Assembly: GCA_030704615.1 (NCBI GenBank)
Contig: CM060732.1
Coordinates: 53,196,001-53,260,000 of the forward strand
DNA from: Takakia lepidozioides
Taxonomy: Eukaryota > Plantae > Bryophyta
Direction: 5' to 3'
Length of the DNA: 64,000 nucleotides
The translations under genes were made by a program, and so were the position numbers. Under the pieces are notes generated by a model, which was given only the letters and a program-made list of their open reading frames with translations, was not told the DNA's origin and ran no database searches. Within the stretch, counting starts at the first letter, position 1; the number at the start of each line of letters is the position of its first letter. Positions 49,070-61,388 of this stretch are shown one piece after another.

Positions 49070-50400
49070 CTGAATGCAAAGACCACTTACATAAAGATCT
49101 TTCACAGCTCCTTATTAAGGGAGTGGGAGCCTGATTGAGGACTCTGACTCTCTCTCTCTCTCCTCCTTAAATGTGTTTCCGTCCAAATTGGGGCACAAGG
49201 CTGCAGCAAACAAAGTCTTCATAACTTACCACTCTCTTTCTCGATCTCTGTCAATTGCCCCACGTCCATAGTATGGACTCCTTTTATCAAAAAGCCATGT
49301 CGCAGCCATGTGTTGCGGCTCTACTGGTTAAAGGACAGGTCACATAATCTACGCCGCCAATGTGATCAACGGTATAACGAGTGTAAAGTGTATCATACGC
49401 TCTTCAGATACGACGGCTACATAACTTAACTTCATCTGTGAGAGGCAAGGCAACATGAATGCATCACAGATGAACCATTTGCAGCTTTGGAAGGTCTGTT
49501 ACTGGACTTGTGATCAAGGGATCTCGGATACCGGAAGAGAAATTGTGAGAGTTGTGATTGTGGGCGTGGATCTGAGCATCGCTAGTGAGAAATGAGAATT
49601 GGGTTTCGTGTGAGCGTGTTTGCGTTTGGAGAAAAATGTGCGCGTGCTTCGGATGATGGTGACGTGATTATTAGGGGAATGTGACAGCCTTCGTCTGTGT
49701 TCAGATCAAGTTGAAGGAACTTGCATTGGGGTTTGCGAACACCTTGCTGAAGACGTGTCTTCGTGTGAGTTCTTGGGCAACTTTGACACCTGCTGCGAGA
49801 GTGCTTAAGGGATTGAGAATGAAAGGAATCTCGACATGGTAGCCAAGCTGATCGAACCGGGAGCATTGGTGTTTATGCATTTCAAGTTGAGGACAAGCCA
49901 AAACGATTATCGTTGAGTTGGGTTGTCACATGTGAACCCTAGTGCATACTAGAGGGGGGGGTGGGTTTGGGGATTTAGTGCTTGATAGAGCGCCAAACCT
50001 TTAGCCTTCCATACCGTCTTTTCATTCGACTGATGTCAATTGCAGAAAGTTCTTTATGGTGGTGTGGAATGCCGACCAACTAATGCAACTGGACCCAGTT
50101 ATGTGTAGCACCAAAGGGTGGGGCATAGAACACAATTGGTGTTGGACATTGCATGTTGGGAGATTTCGAATCTATACAGGTGTTCGTGTAATTGTGAGCC
50201 CGCATGTGTTTTCGGATTAGAACTCTTGTACTTCTTGATATTTCTTGCATGTGTGCTGAGTTACTCATTTTTTGTGGGAAATGCAGTGTTTTCAACTTAT
50301 GCGCACACTTCAGAAATCGGAATTTTGATTTTGACTGCGTTGAATTTGCTGGGCCACCAGTTTAGGATCTCCCCACCAGTTCATCACGTTGATTGTGGCC

Positions 50401-53400
50401 ATGGTTTGGCTTCTAAGAGCTGTCCATGCCTCTCTTGGTGCGCTCCCTTCCTCCCTCTCCTTTCTCCCTTCTTGGGGCTTACTCTGGTGGGCTGGAACTC
50501 CCTAAATGCCCCCTGGAAGTTTAGGAATAAGTACCCCACAGGGTCTGTGTCCTAAAGGATATCTCATAAGCAGCCTTCCCAGGGAACTGCAAATTAGATT
50601 GTCATCATCAATTTCTCTCCCTTGTCTTTGTCTTTATGTCATTTGTGTATCTTTTACAATACCTTCTGCACTATGTTCTAGCTGTAAAGAACAATCTGAT
50701 TGCAAGGGTAACTTCCAGGTGTGTTTGCTGGGAATATGCATGGGTTCTGAGGTTGAATTAATCCTTGTCCGTGGTCCCACTAAAGCATATTTATTTAGCA
50801 ATTCCAGTACCAGAGAACTGACTGGCATTTGCACCCTAAGATCTGAGAAGGGGATCAACTGGAATGATTGGTCCTGTTGAGATGATATGTCTTCTTTGGA
50901 TGCTACGCTTCTGGCATGCTACCCCTTCATTTTTCAGGCACTTTCTTGGCAGGATTGTACTCTGTTGAGAAGACTATTGTCATACACTAACGAATTGAGA
51001 TGCACTTGGGTGGCTGCAGTTCCATCAACATACTATTTCACGTTGCCAGGCATCTACACAGTGGGACGAAAAGGTGAAATGTCTTTTCATTATGGTGAAG
51101 AAGTAATCAGGATGAGCAATAGTCAAGCTGTAGAATATCACCTTGCTGGTGGATTTGAACTTTGGTTGATGCATGTTTATCTAGGTCTATGTGTATACTC
51201 TTGTTCTTTCTTTTAGCTTTGTTACTATTACCTTGCGCACACTTATGGCAAAATACACTGGCACGGAAGGTGTGGCAAGCATCTTCAAAAAGAAATGGGT
51301 GTGCAAATAGACCTTTTCCCAATCCTTTTTCCATCAGTGGTATTTGCATAATTGGGGGATTTATGATGATGATGAAAATGTGCGAATGTGCAGATTGCAG
51401 CATCACTATTCTATCTGACAAGTCCATATCTCGTGTACATGCCCACCTTATCATTGAGGCAGCTAGCACACCAAACAGAGATGTGGAGGAGATCGCTCAA
51501 ATACCACGCATGCCACTGAGAGTCAAGGACCTCTCCAAATTTGGAACATATGTCAACAAGGAAACGGTCTCCACACCTGGTTCTGAAGCTATACTTAAAG
51601 AAGGTGACCTGGTAACCTTTGGGAACAACAAGACTACTTTCAGGTTGGTGAGTAACCTTGGGCCTCCTCCCATGTGTTTCGTAACATGTGCAATGCTAGT
51701 GCATCTTTGGCCTCTACTTGACTTTCTGCTCACAACCTTCATGTCATTCCAAGGATAGCAGTAATGTTGGAGGATCTGCAAATTCTGAGGCTTTCTATAC
51801 CACTCCTTTTTTTTGCAGGGTAGAATTTGTTCCCTTGTATCTGTGTATACCTTCCCCAGCTAACCAAAGCAAAAGAGATGAGGCCTTCAAGGCTGTGGCT
51901 GCCATTGGTGAGCAGGACTTGACCTTGAGGCCTGGTGCAAGGACACAGGCAGGGATATTCTAGGGCTTGCATATTATGATGATGTTGTCATACTTGTGTT
52001 TTCCTCACTGTTGATGTGTTTACTCTCCATCTGCATTCATCTGTGCTTGTCTCAAAGGGCTACCCGGAATTCTCATTAGCTTTTCATTTAAAGCTGTTTA
52101 CTGCAATTTGTTATTAGTTTGGCTTTGAAAGCTTATGTGCTTAGATTGGCACAAAGTTGAATGTGACTAGCTAGCCCAGTGCATTTGTTACTGCTATAAT
52201 CATGTGGAACATTGCAGGGGCTTATGCTGTTGAAAAGTGGAAAGAGGATTGCACACATGTGCTGGTTGAGGAAGGTTTTGCTGTAAATGAGGTAGTCACA
52301 GCAGCTGTCACCTCACGCAAGCCTGTGGTCCAGCTAGATTGGCTCCAGGTCCATTCCCTGCCCCCTTTTTCCATAGAGTTCTATGTGCTTGAGCTCTTGA
52401 CAACTCGAGAAGGATATTGCGTGTAGGACTGTGTCATGTTAGTGTATGTTGATCTATGTAAGCAATAATTTGTGATTGCTCCTGTGCACGAGCAGTTCAT
52501 TTCTGTTTGCTAGTTTCATACCCTGGTAGTTGTGAAACAGAGAACCAGCTCCAGAAGGGTGTACCACCAGAGGTATGCACAAAGGGGTAGGCATTAGTCA
52601 ACTGCATGTCCAGGGCATCTCCAGGTGCCTGTGTTGTTAACAGCAAGGAAGTTTGTAGGGTGGAAGCTGCTCATATGTTTACATTGTTCATCACCGAGTT
52701 GACTCTAGACTTCCGTCGATGCTATCTGAGTCTTCCTCTTGGTTGTCAGGCTATTGTTGCCCAAAGCTCCCCAAGCAATGATCTCCCTTCTTTGTCCAGG
52801 TGAGATGCAAACTCCACACCAATGTAGTCTGGTTTTCGCCACACCCCTGTCACGTCGACACCATGGTCTTCCACCACTTAACACTGGTTACGGCTATAGT
52901 ACAAGGAGGGTATCTTACATAAGCAACTTTGCTTGTTGCTTCAGTAAATATAAATTGTGTACGGAGGAAAGGTATTTATGTCATGGATGTGTATAGAGTG
53001 GCTTTGAGTTTGCGGCGTGCCTACTGATCCCTCTAAACTTCTGACAAAGTGTTGGGGTTCTCAGTTTTCTTCCAACTTTGATGTTTCAAGGGAGGGAGTC
53101 TGCCTTCACTCTCAAGCTTGCAGTACCTCAAGCACGGAAAATCCTGCTGCAGGGCTACACATTCTTCATCGGACCTCTACAGCTAGTAAGAAGCCTACAG
53201 CTTATGGTTGTCACAGAGTGTAGAGAGCATTCTTCACGTGGGAAATGACCATGTCATGTTGTTGACCATGATGGCAGTATGAACATGGGGCCAATCTGGT
53301 TCTTCTCATTGAAGCTGGTGGTGGATGCGTGGAATTAATTTCCAGCAAATCCAACAGCCCTCATGCAGGCAGGCACTGCCACATTGCTCTTGATACTGTT

Positions 53401-55453
53401 TGTCTGTGGCTTTGGATATAGTCTTGGCCTTTTCAGTTGGTTTCTGCTGTTTGAACTTGTCTGTCAAGTCATATAGACAATTTATTAGCTGCATACACAA
53501 TATGGCCCGCTTTAGCTGTGATTGGTGTTAGCGAGATTTTGCCACAAGTAAGGTGATGCAGTCTGTAAATAAGCATGTTTTACATGGCAATATAGTATAG
53601 CTTACCAACTCTACCTTTTCAACCTACCTTCATCTTTAAACAGGGAGTCCTGAGGGTTATACCTGTATCCTACAGAGCTTGAATTATAGGGTGCTTTGCA
53701 GGATCAGGTCAGCAGCTGGTAGTGAAGCCAAGGGATGGCTGGAGTGCAGAAGGCATGAGGGCAGTTGGACACCTGCCGCGCACTACTGAAGAGAAGGTCG
53801 TGGTGGCAGTGCTTACAGGCCACCTTGATGTGGTGGCATTGCAACTTCCTGCCAGTATGTCAGTACTCTTTTGAGTCCCCTGAAGCATTAATTCACACAC
53901 CTGATGAAGATTTCTAAGGTTGTGGTGTGGGGAAGTTGTGACTAGCGCCTTGTGCCTCGTGGCTGGTCAAGCTGGCCACTGCAGCTTCTCTTTGTGGTTC
54001 TTTGAACTATAGGCTTGGAAACTTTTTACATGAGCATGTGCATGGCCTTGTAAGCAGGTCCTGTGGCCAGTGCATCTACGGATGAAACCATGGACGAGGA
54101 GGATGCTGAAGACCTTCATGATACTGCCGCCATGGACCCTCCAAAGGTAGGGCTGGTTGGAACCGTAAATTTTTGTGAGAGAGAGGTACAGTGGGCATGT
54201 GTTCCGTGGGCATGCAGACAGCTCTCCAATTCTCACCAACAATGATTTGCGCGTGCTGGTGTAGATGGTTGATGCAGCTGAACTCCACATTGAGCCGGCA
54301 CAACAAGCTGCTGCACTTACGCCTGCCCCTTTGCAACAGCAAGCCTCCTGGCACTCTGTTACTGGTCATCTCTCTTCACCCGGTTCTTTGGAGGGTAGTC
54401 AAATGTCAGGCAGAAACACAGCGATAGGTGCAGCTGTGAGAAAGGCCAAGCAAGAGCAGTCCAGGGAAGGATTGATGAGGTCACAAGATCTTAGGCCATT
54501 TGCTGGAAGGGAGGGGCGCTTTCTGACAGTGTCAACCCCCCAGGCTGGCATCAAGCAAGAGGCAAGCAACCTTGCTGAAGATGTTGGTGAAACAGTTAAG
54601 GCAGACATTGTCTACAGCAGTGTGTTGATTGCTGTGAAGGATGGAACTGCATCAAGCCCCCAAATAGATGGATTGGGCCCAAATTTCAAGCGCTTTAAAA
54701 AGGTCTGTTTCTCTACTTCTTCTCTTGCAAGCTTGACTTTATGTTCTGATGGAAGGTCAAGTGCTTAAATGAAAGCGGAGATGAGATTTACAGTAGCAGG
54801 TGTCTAGCTGGAATGGAGAAAGGGATGACCTTGTGGTGAATGATCCAGGTTGCAATATATAGTATAGGCTGCTGTTGACAAAGAGGTCCTTTACAGGGGC
54901 TAGGAGCATCGGGCAACAGCTTCACCAGTCTCGTGCCTTTTGCAAAAGAGCCCTACAGGTGAGAGAATCAGAGTTGCCATGGCAGACCAACCTTTGATGG
55001 TTCTGGAACTGCTTCATGTCTTCAAGCTCTTGTTTGCATCAAAGTTGCGCCGAAGAAGCTAGGATGGTCATGTCTTAGGAACGTTTGAGCACTTGAGGCA
55101 ATTGATATGAAGGCCACATGAATGATTGCAGGGAAGCTGACTTTGAAAAAGAAGCAGAGGAGTTCATGCGGGAAGAGCGCAAGCGCAAGGCTGCCGATAA
55201 TCTTGCAGATGACTTGTTCAATGCTGAGCGGGTAAGCTTTGAGTTGTACCCTGGACTACCTACGGTGAGGCTAGTCTCCTAATTCTGTTGAATTGCACAG
55301 CCAGAGCCCTTGAGAATGGGTACCACAATGAAGGCCTTAAACGATTGCTAGAGTAGCATGACAAAATTGTGTGCGTTTGTGTGGCAGCTAAAGCGGCAAA
55401 AAGCAGCTGTACCACAGCCCAGAGGACCTGCCAAGTCTTCTGCTCGCGGATGA
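50401..55453 (+). CDS. NBS1: Nibrin / NBS1 (MRN complex), multi-exon
   Basis: Exons 50401-50437 (MVWLLRAVHASL), 51020-51073 (YYFTLPGIYTVGRK), 51394-51643 (FHA: DKSISRVHAH..VKDLSKFGTYVN), 51819-51907 and 52218-52348 (BRCT: CTHVLV), then further exons. Mre11-binding PNFKRFKK (~54678-54701), ATM-binding ADDLF (~55205), stop at 55451-55453. Confidence 0.93.
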
Positions 55454-56219
55454 GGGACATTGTAGGCGGCTGCAGACTTCTCATGTCATTAGGCCCTTTC
55501 GATGCAGTCCTCTTCAGAGGAGCGTGGCCCAATAGCAAAGATTGTAGCAGCTCACAAGGGATTCTAACAAAAGAAAGAAAAACTGCATTACATCCACAGG
55601 GGTACACCAGGGCCCATGCAACAAAGAACAATGATAGAGAAAGAGACTTCGTGCTGCATTTGCTGGGGACTGTTTCTACTGATAGTGTGTATTGCTGCGG
55701 TATCAGTTGGTCTGATTGCACACAGTTGAGCATTACATCGTTGAGTTCTTGCGACAAGTCTCCTCTTCATTGCCTTCAACACCATGAACAAGGTGCTGTC
55801 GCGAATAGACGACTTGTAACACTTAATGCCACTCTGTGCACTTTTAATTGTCATTTGGCATGCACAGCTCTGCTTACTGGAATTTATCGTTCGTCCTTCA
55901 CCACTTAAAGAGTCACATTCCTACATCAGTAGCTACAGTAAAGCCCAATCTTGCAAAAGGTGGTCAATGAAGAGAATAGTGGATATTATCGACCAAGGCC
56001 GTTATATTAGAGTCACAGACTTCATGGTCATTGGCTGCATGCTGTGTTGCAAACCTGGCTGCAAGGGTAAGTCATCTCTGCAATGACTGCAGGGCACACA
56101 TCCTGTGCTATGTGCAACTACTAAGAAGACAAATATGAGTAAGGAGTTGAGGGACACGGGAAGCACCAAGGGCCTATCATCAAATCTCGATGCATCTTGC
56201 CAGGGGCACGCCAATTTGT

Positions 56220-56314
56220 GTAGGGTGAGGCCCCAGGGCAGCCGCCTTTCTGATATGAGGGGCCGGCACTAGGTGATAGCCAAGTGCCTAGGCCTCCGAG
56301 GGGCCTCACCCTAC
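56220..56314. repeat. Small MITE-like hairpin
   Basis: 15-bp inverted termini gtagggtgaggcccc / ggggcctcaccctac, plus inner ggcact/agtgcc pairing. Confidence 0.55.
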
Positions 56315-57418
56315 GTGAAGAAACAGCAAGGACTTCTATGGCTTTGAGAAGCTAGTTCAGCCCTGTGCATGTCGCTGATCTATCTCGAAGGTTGAATTGT
56401 TACATACTCTGTGGTTCAGGCTGATCGCTAGATAATTACTCTAAGTTGTGGCAAAATTTCAGTACGGTCCCGTTTCGTGCGGTTTGCAACCTGACGAGGG
56501 TCACCTGAATTACACTAAAAGCTGAGTAATAAACACGCTGTCACCTTCGCAATCAGCCAGGCCAACCCTGCTGTCCCTCTAACTTGGGCCCCAAATGATA
56601 TCGTGTTCAATGAGCTTATTAGTGTATACTAACCCGCATACAATTCACTTGGCTTCCCTATCTGGAAGGGACTTCGAACCTCATGAGAACATGATGGATC
56701 TCGCGACCACCACTCCTGCGAATCTGCGCACCTGTTAGAGAAACCAGGTCGCATATTTGTTTTTTTGGCACGAAGCAGATGTCTCGGGCTGAGAGTTCAA
56801 TAGGCCTGTCTAGTAAGCATCTAATACACTCGCTAGTCGCCGGATGAGCAAACTCTCTTTGTAACACCTGGGCTGGATGGACCCTGGTGACTGGATGATG
56901 AATTTGCCCTTAGCTCATTTGCGATGCCGAATACGAAACAACTCGTGGTGAGGAAGGTGGACTCCCTTCAAGAGAAATGTCATCCGAAGTGAACAAGCTG
57001 TTGAACTTGAAATGTCATCCGCAGTGAACAAGCTGTTGAACTTCAGGAACTTTCCAGGGGCCGACATCATGCAGACGACGGTCCTGCAGACCTCATGAAT
57101 ATTGTGTTACACCTTCGTGTCTTATTCGGAACTTTTGTATCAAGCTTAGACGCTTGCACTGTCCTCCAAGGTTCGGGCCCTCAATGACCTGACCCACATC
57201 AATAGTGAGTCTTTCAAGTTTAGATAAACCATTTATTGAACGGATCAGTCGTTTGAACGTGAGTGCAGTAGAATATAGTCCTGAATGCTGGACCTTGCAG
57301 CATTTGTCGATGCAGCTCGGAGTCAGGGGTTGGGTCCAAAGTCCAGGCTACGGTGCTCAAAGTTAAGCTTTGATGGACTTGGACTGGCCACCCGGAAGTC
57401 CAGAAAGAGCACTGAAGC

Positions 57419-58282
57419 TCAGGTCCCCATCGAGTTGTGCCCATTGGAAGGTGAACCTGACCCTGGAGATGATGAACCTTTCGCCAAAGAATTCAATACC
57501 AATTTGTGCATCTTAAGATTGTGTAGATGTCTGGCCTTGGCCTTCGGGAAAGCAATTCCACCAATCTGCTCAGAACCCACCAGTGTGGCGACATCTTTGT
57601 GAAGAATAGAGCAGGATGTCCCTGAACAACGCGGGGATCTGGTCTCCCGCGTTGTGACCTCCCGTAGTTTTTTCTTGTTGTGGATGGGATTGGGACTGCC
57701 AGAGTGAGGCGGCCAAGGTGTTCTCTTCGAAAGAAGAGATCTCCCCAAAGATTGTAACTTCTTTGGGATCATACCACCGTGGGTCGGGGTGCCCTCCGAC
57801 ACTCGAGTGGTTCTCATCTTCTCTGAAAGATCCATGGCAATTTTAACTCTAGTCTCTTCATCTGATCCAGCCGCATAATCTTCATTGATCCAAAACATTG
57901 GCCCCGATTTCTCTGCAACGTACGAGTGCAGACTCTGGGCACCGAGACGAAATGCACCAGCGAGAGTACAAGGCCATGATCTCTGAAACAAATGGGTAGA
58001 AGCTTTCGTTATGACCTGGCTGTCGGGTGAAGAAGATGTCCTTCCCGTTGAGAACACATGCTTCAGCTTCCTTATATCCTCACCGTGCAGCTGATTAAAT
58101 TGATAGCCGTTGTCCAGAGTGTTGTGCAGAAGAAAAGCCGATTGATCAGCTATCCGTGAGGAGCTGGTTTCCAGAAACCGATTGCGCACACAGTAAACAT
58201 CCCTTGGGCAGTAGAGGAGGAGGAGGAGCTGGAACACTCTGAAGGCAGCCCTCACCAATGCTCCTCCGTGGAAGTATTTCAT
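57419..58282 (-). CDS. Secreted precursor with two CLE/IDA-like peptide motifs
   Basis: Hydrophobic signal-like N-terminus (FRVFQLLLLLYC), low-complexity spacer, and motifs KRTPWPPHSGSPNPIHN and KGSSSPGSGSPSNGHN. Confidence 0.65.
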   Translation of the reverse strand: MKYFHGGALVRAAFRVFQLLLLLYCPRDVYCVRNRFLETSSSRIADQSAFLLHNTLDNGYQFNQLHGEDIRKLKHVFSTGRTSSSPDSQVITKASTHLFQRSWPCTLAGAFRLGAQSLHSYVAEKSGPMFWINEDYAAGSDEETRVKIAMDLSEKMRTTRVSEGTPTHGGMIPKKLQSLGRSLLSKRTPWPPHSGSPNPIHNKKKLREVTTRETRSPRCSGTSCSILHKDVATLVGSEQIGGIAFPKAKARHLHNLKMHKLVLNSLAKGSSSPGSGSPSNGHNSMGT

Positions 58283-60034
58283 GTTAAATGCAGACCTTAC
58301 CAGATTCTCTCTCTCCCTCTAGCTCTCACAGTCTCTATTCTGTCAGCGATCACCTCGGGTCCACAAATTCTTGGTACAGCACAGATCTGTAAGTGCACTA
58401 GACTCCCTTTGCAGCTCCTGCAGTTTCTGATCACGATTGCTCTAGAAGTGGTCCCTCGGATCACTGCAGTCTCTCATAAATCTTATAGTGCTGTGCAGGG
58501 CGATGGAAGTCTACGAGAAATGCAAAAAGTTACTCGGAGAAAGACAAGTGAGCTCGTTGACTTCGGCCTCCCGATTTGACGAGCCGCTAGTCACCCAAAA
58601 AAAGATTTTTTATCCCGTGGATGAAGCGCGTAGATGAAACACGTGGATGAAGTGCTGCACCAGTCAGGGCTGCGATCACGGGTCAGCGCTGTGGCGCACC
58701 GGCGGGTCCAGTCACCGGTCACCGGCACACATTCTGGCACGTGTGCCCTCGCAACTAGTCCAAAACACGGAGGGAAGGAAGAAAGCAGTGCAGCAACTGA
58801 GGTCTGTAGTACTTCTTTCATCATTGTCCATTCTTGACTGTGTGGTCTGTAGTACCGTACTGCATGCTCAACCCCTGTATAAAATATTATCCATTATAGT
58901 CGTCGTACCAATGTTTTCGGTGGTGCTTACGATTGTAAGATAATAGCGTCTTCAATTGCAATTGCGTGTGGCGGGGCCTATGTGTAGCAGCCCGGTCGTG
59001 AAGGGTGTGGCGCCCCTATGGGAGGGTCCGCTGCCCCTATCCGTCGGAGGGTCCGCTCCGGCTCGGTCTGCCGGGCAAGCATGTATGCTACGGCCCACAA
59101 AACACACATAAAACATGTAGTGGTAATGCACATGAAACATTAGTTATTTCCAAGGTTTGTAAAAAGTATATGGTAGTGTGGTGGTTGAGAGCAAGGAATA
59201 ATGAGCATGAGGCTAGGTGATCAATTCTTCTCAAGTGGTAATGTGTGTTATTAATTATATATTTTTTGTATAATGGTTCATTCTGAAGTAGTTGTTCTTC
59301 TACGGCGGCGGACCTTCCATAGGACTCGGCACGTAGAGTGGACCCTTCAGCGGACTTGCAGAGTGCACTAGACTGCAGAGTGGAGAGGCGGACTCTGGGT
59401 CCACCGGATCCTCCAGCAGACTCTCAAGAACAGGCTAGATTATCCAGTGGACCCTCCCGCAGACTTTGTGGATGGGCGCGAGGCTTATGAGCTGAACCCA
59501 TAGGCCGTGTTGGCGGGCCCATAGGCGCATTGAAGACACCATTGAAAACGCTATTATCTTAAAATGAGAGTCGTCTTGCAACAATGTTTCATTTTTTTCA
59601 TTTTTTCAAAATCGCTGGCGGGCCGCATTCCACTGCCCATGTGGCCAGAATACGAGGTGGCAGGGCTAGAAAAGTGGCTATATTCCAGGTGGCACATTTT
59701 ACCTGGTCCATGTCTGCAAAAGTAGGCTCCTAATTCTCAACTATTGGTGCTTTTTGGTTGAAATTTTCGGATTTTATCCCCCATAATTCTTTTGAACAAG
59801 TAGCTGACCCACTTTCCAAGTCGAAATCTGGCGATTTTTCGCCAAAAAACAAAAACAATGTCTTGCAACATTATTTTATCTTACAAACTCTCTGGAGTTC
59901 CTTTCACGGATTCCGCATTTAGAATCAGCAGCCCTCTGGCAGGAAGAAGCTCTTGGCAACTAAAACTTTTGCCAGAAAATTCGCCCCAATATGTTGGCGT
60001 AGTATGCCACCAACACTCCTGGGGTGGCACCAAG

Positions 60035-60035
<1 letters not shown>

Positions 60036-60073
<38 letters not shown>

Positions 60074-60089
60074 GCTAGTTATTATTATT
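60036..60089 (+). repeat. (TTA)n microsatellite
   Basis: Direct reading. Confidence 0.95.
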
Positions 60090-61081
60090 GTTAATTGCAC
60101 GCATGCATTAAGTTCTTACATTATTCCTATTATCTTCCTAGCCATTTCACCTTTCTAATAATTGGTAGACTGTATTTAGTATAGACAAACGATATATGGC
60201 AAGTTTATCCAAGTAGAATAAGAACAGAAAGAAACCACAGGAGTCTCTCTAGTCCCTACTTCTGCCTTCATGGCTTTCCACCAGGTTAATTTTTCCTGGT
60301 TTGTCGCTTACCTGTTTTACCAAATAAAATTAAGTGCCTCTGTCCCCTTTCCCAACCCAAAAAAAGAAAAAAAGACAAGCGGGCTCATACAGGATATGAC
60401 GTACGTTGGAAAACAGTCGAGGGTTCGGCCGTATGGAATCCATAACCACAAATTGTGACCCTTCTTTGTCATTTAAGCCCCCCTTAAGGTAGGTCAGGTT
60501 TCTTACTAACCTGGTCTTTAACCTGGATTATACATAAGGTCGAATGAAAACCTGCCACATCATCTATCCAGTGGTGGTGGCCAATTTCTGATTGGAACCA
60601 TCAGAAGTTTTGGAAGTGGACTTTTATATGCTGCCCGATTATACTACACGCACATACCTGGCACAGCCAATTCCCGTTTCCGGTACCACCTGGGCATCCC
60701 ATGTAATTACCTGGCGATTGCCCGGTTGCCACAACGGATGGCCGGGCAGGTCGAAAGTCGAAAGTCGAAAGCTCCGGGCCAGGCCTGGTGGTGGCGTCCC
60801 TTGGTTGTGAGGGTCCAACCCTTGTGCATCCCTACATTGTCGCAGTTGGGGGCCCTGTGCACAGTCACAATATAAATTGAAATGCAGGGGCTAGGGTGGG
60901 AAGAGGTCATTAATGTAGGGAAAAGGTCTTGGTAAAGAATTGGTTGCACCGTTATCTTATCTTTCTGCCGACGTCATTCCATTGGCTCCCTCACATTGTC
61001 TCTATGTTGATCTCTTTTCATTATTAAAGAAGCTGTAAATTAGGTGCCTTGCTCGAGATTTTATTTTTTTTGTGAATGTAC

Positions 61082-61388
61082 CAGTGTTGGGCGGTTATTT
61101 GAATTTCTCTCCAATACCCGGCGGTTACCTATCCGGCTATATGTATATATGACCGGCAGAGGTGAAAAAATGAAGTAACCGGCAGAGGTCACGCATTCAA
61201 ATAACCGAGCAAAAAACCTCTTAAAGAACCGCCCAATACCGCGGTTATTTGATGAAAACTGCCGGTTATTTGAGGTTTTTGCAAGTAACCGTAACCGGCA
61301 GGTTATATCTAGCCATAAAAAATTTAATAACCACAACCGCAGGTTAATAGTTTTCTAAAATTTGAAGCAACCGAACCGCCCAACACTG
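61082..61388. mobile_element. hAT-type MITE
   Basis: TIR cagtgttgggcggtt / aaccgcccaacactg, 8-bp TSD gaatgtac (61074-61081 and 61389-61396), internal aaccg subrepeats. Confidence 0.9.

Noticed and set aside
49430-49474. 11-bp inverted repeat ttcatctgtga/tcacagatgaa as a possible miRNA hairpin
   Set aside because: The stem is too short and no known mature miRNA was recognised.
49510-49580. Minus-strand LPVSEIP* resembling OSB N-terminal PSEIPW
   Set aside because: Too short to distinguish from chance; no further OB-fold residues were seen upstream of PPR-B.
55260-55908. Overlapping 165-aa and 179-aa ORFs
   Set aside because: They overlap the NBS1 last intron, last exon and 3' UTR and have no recognisable motifs.
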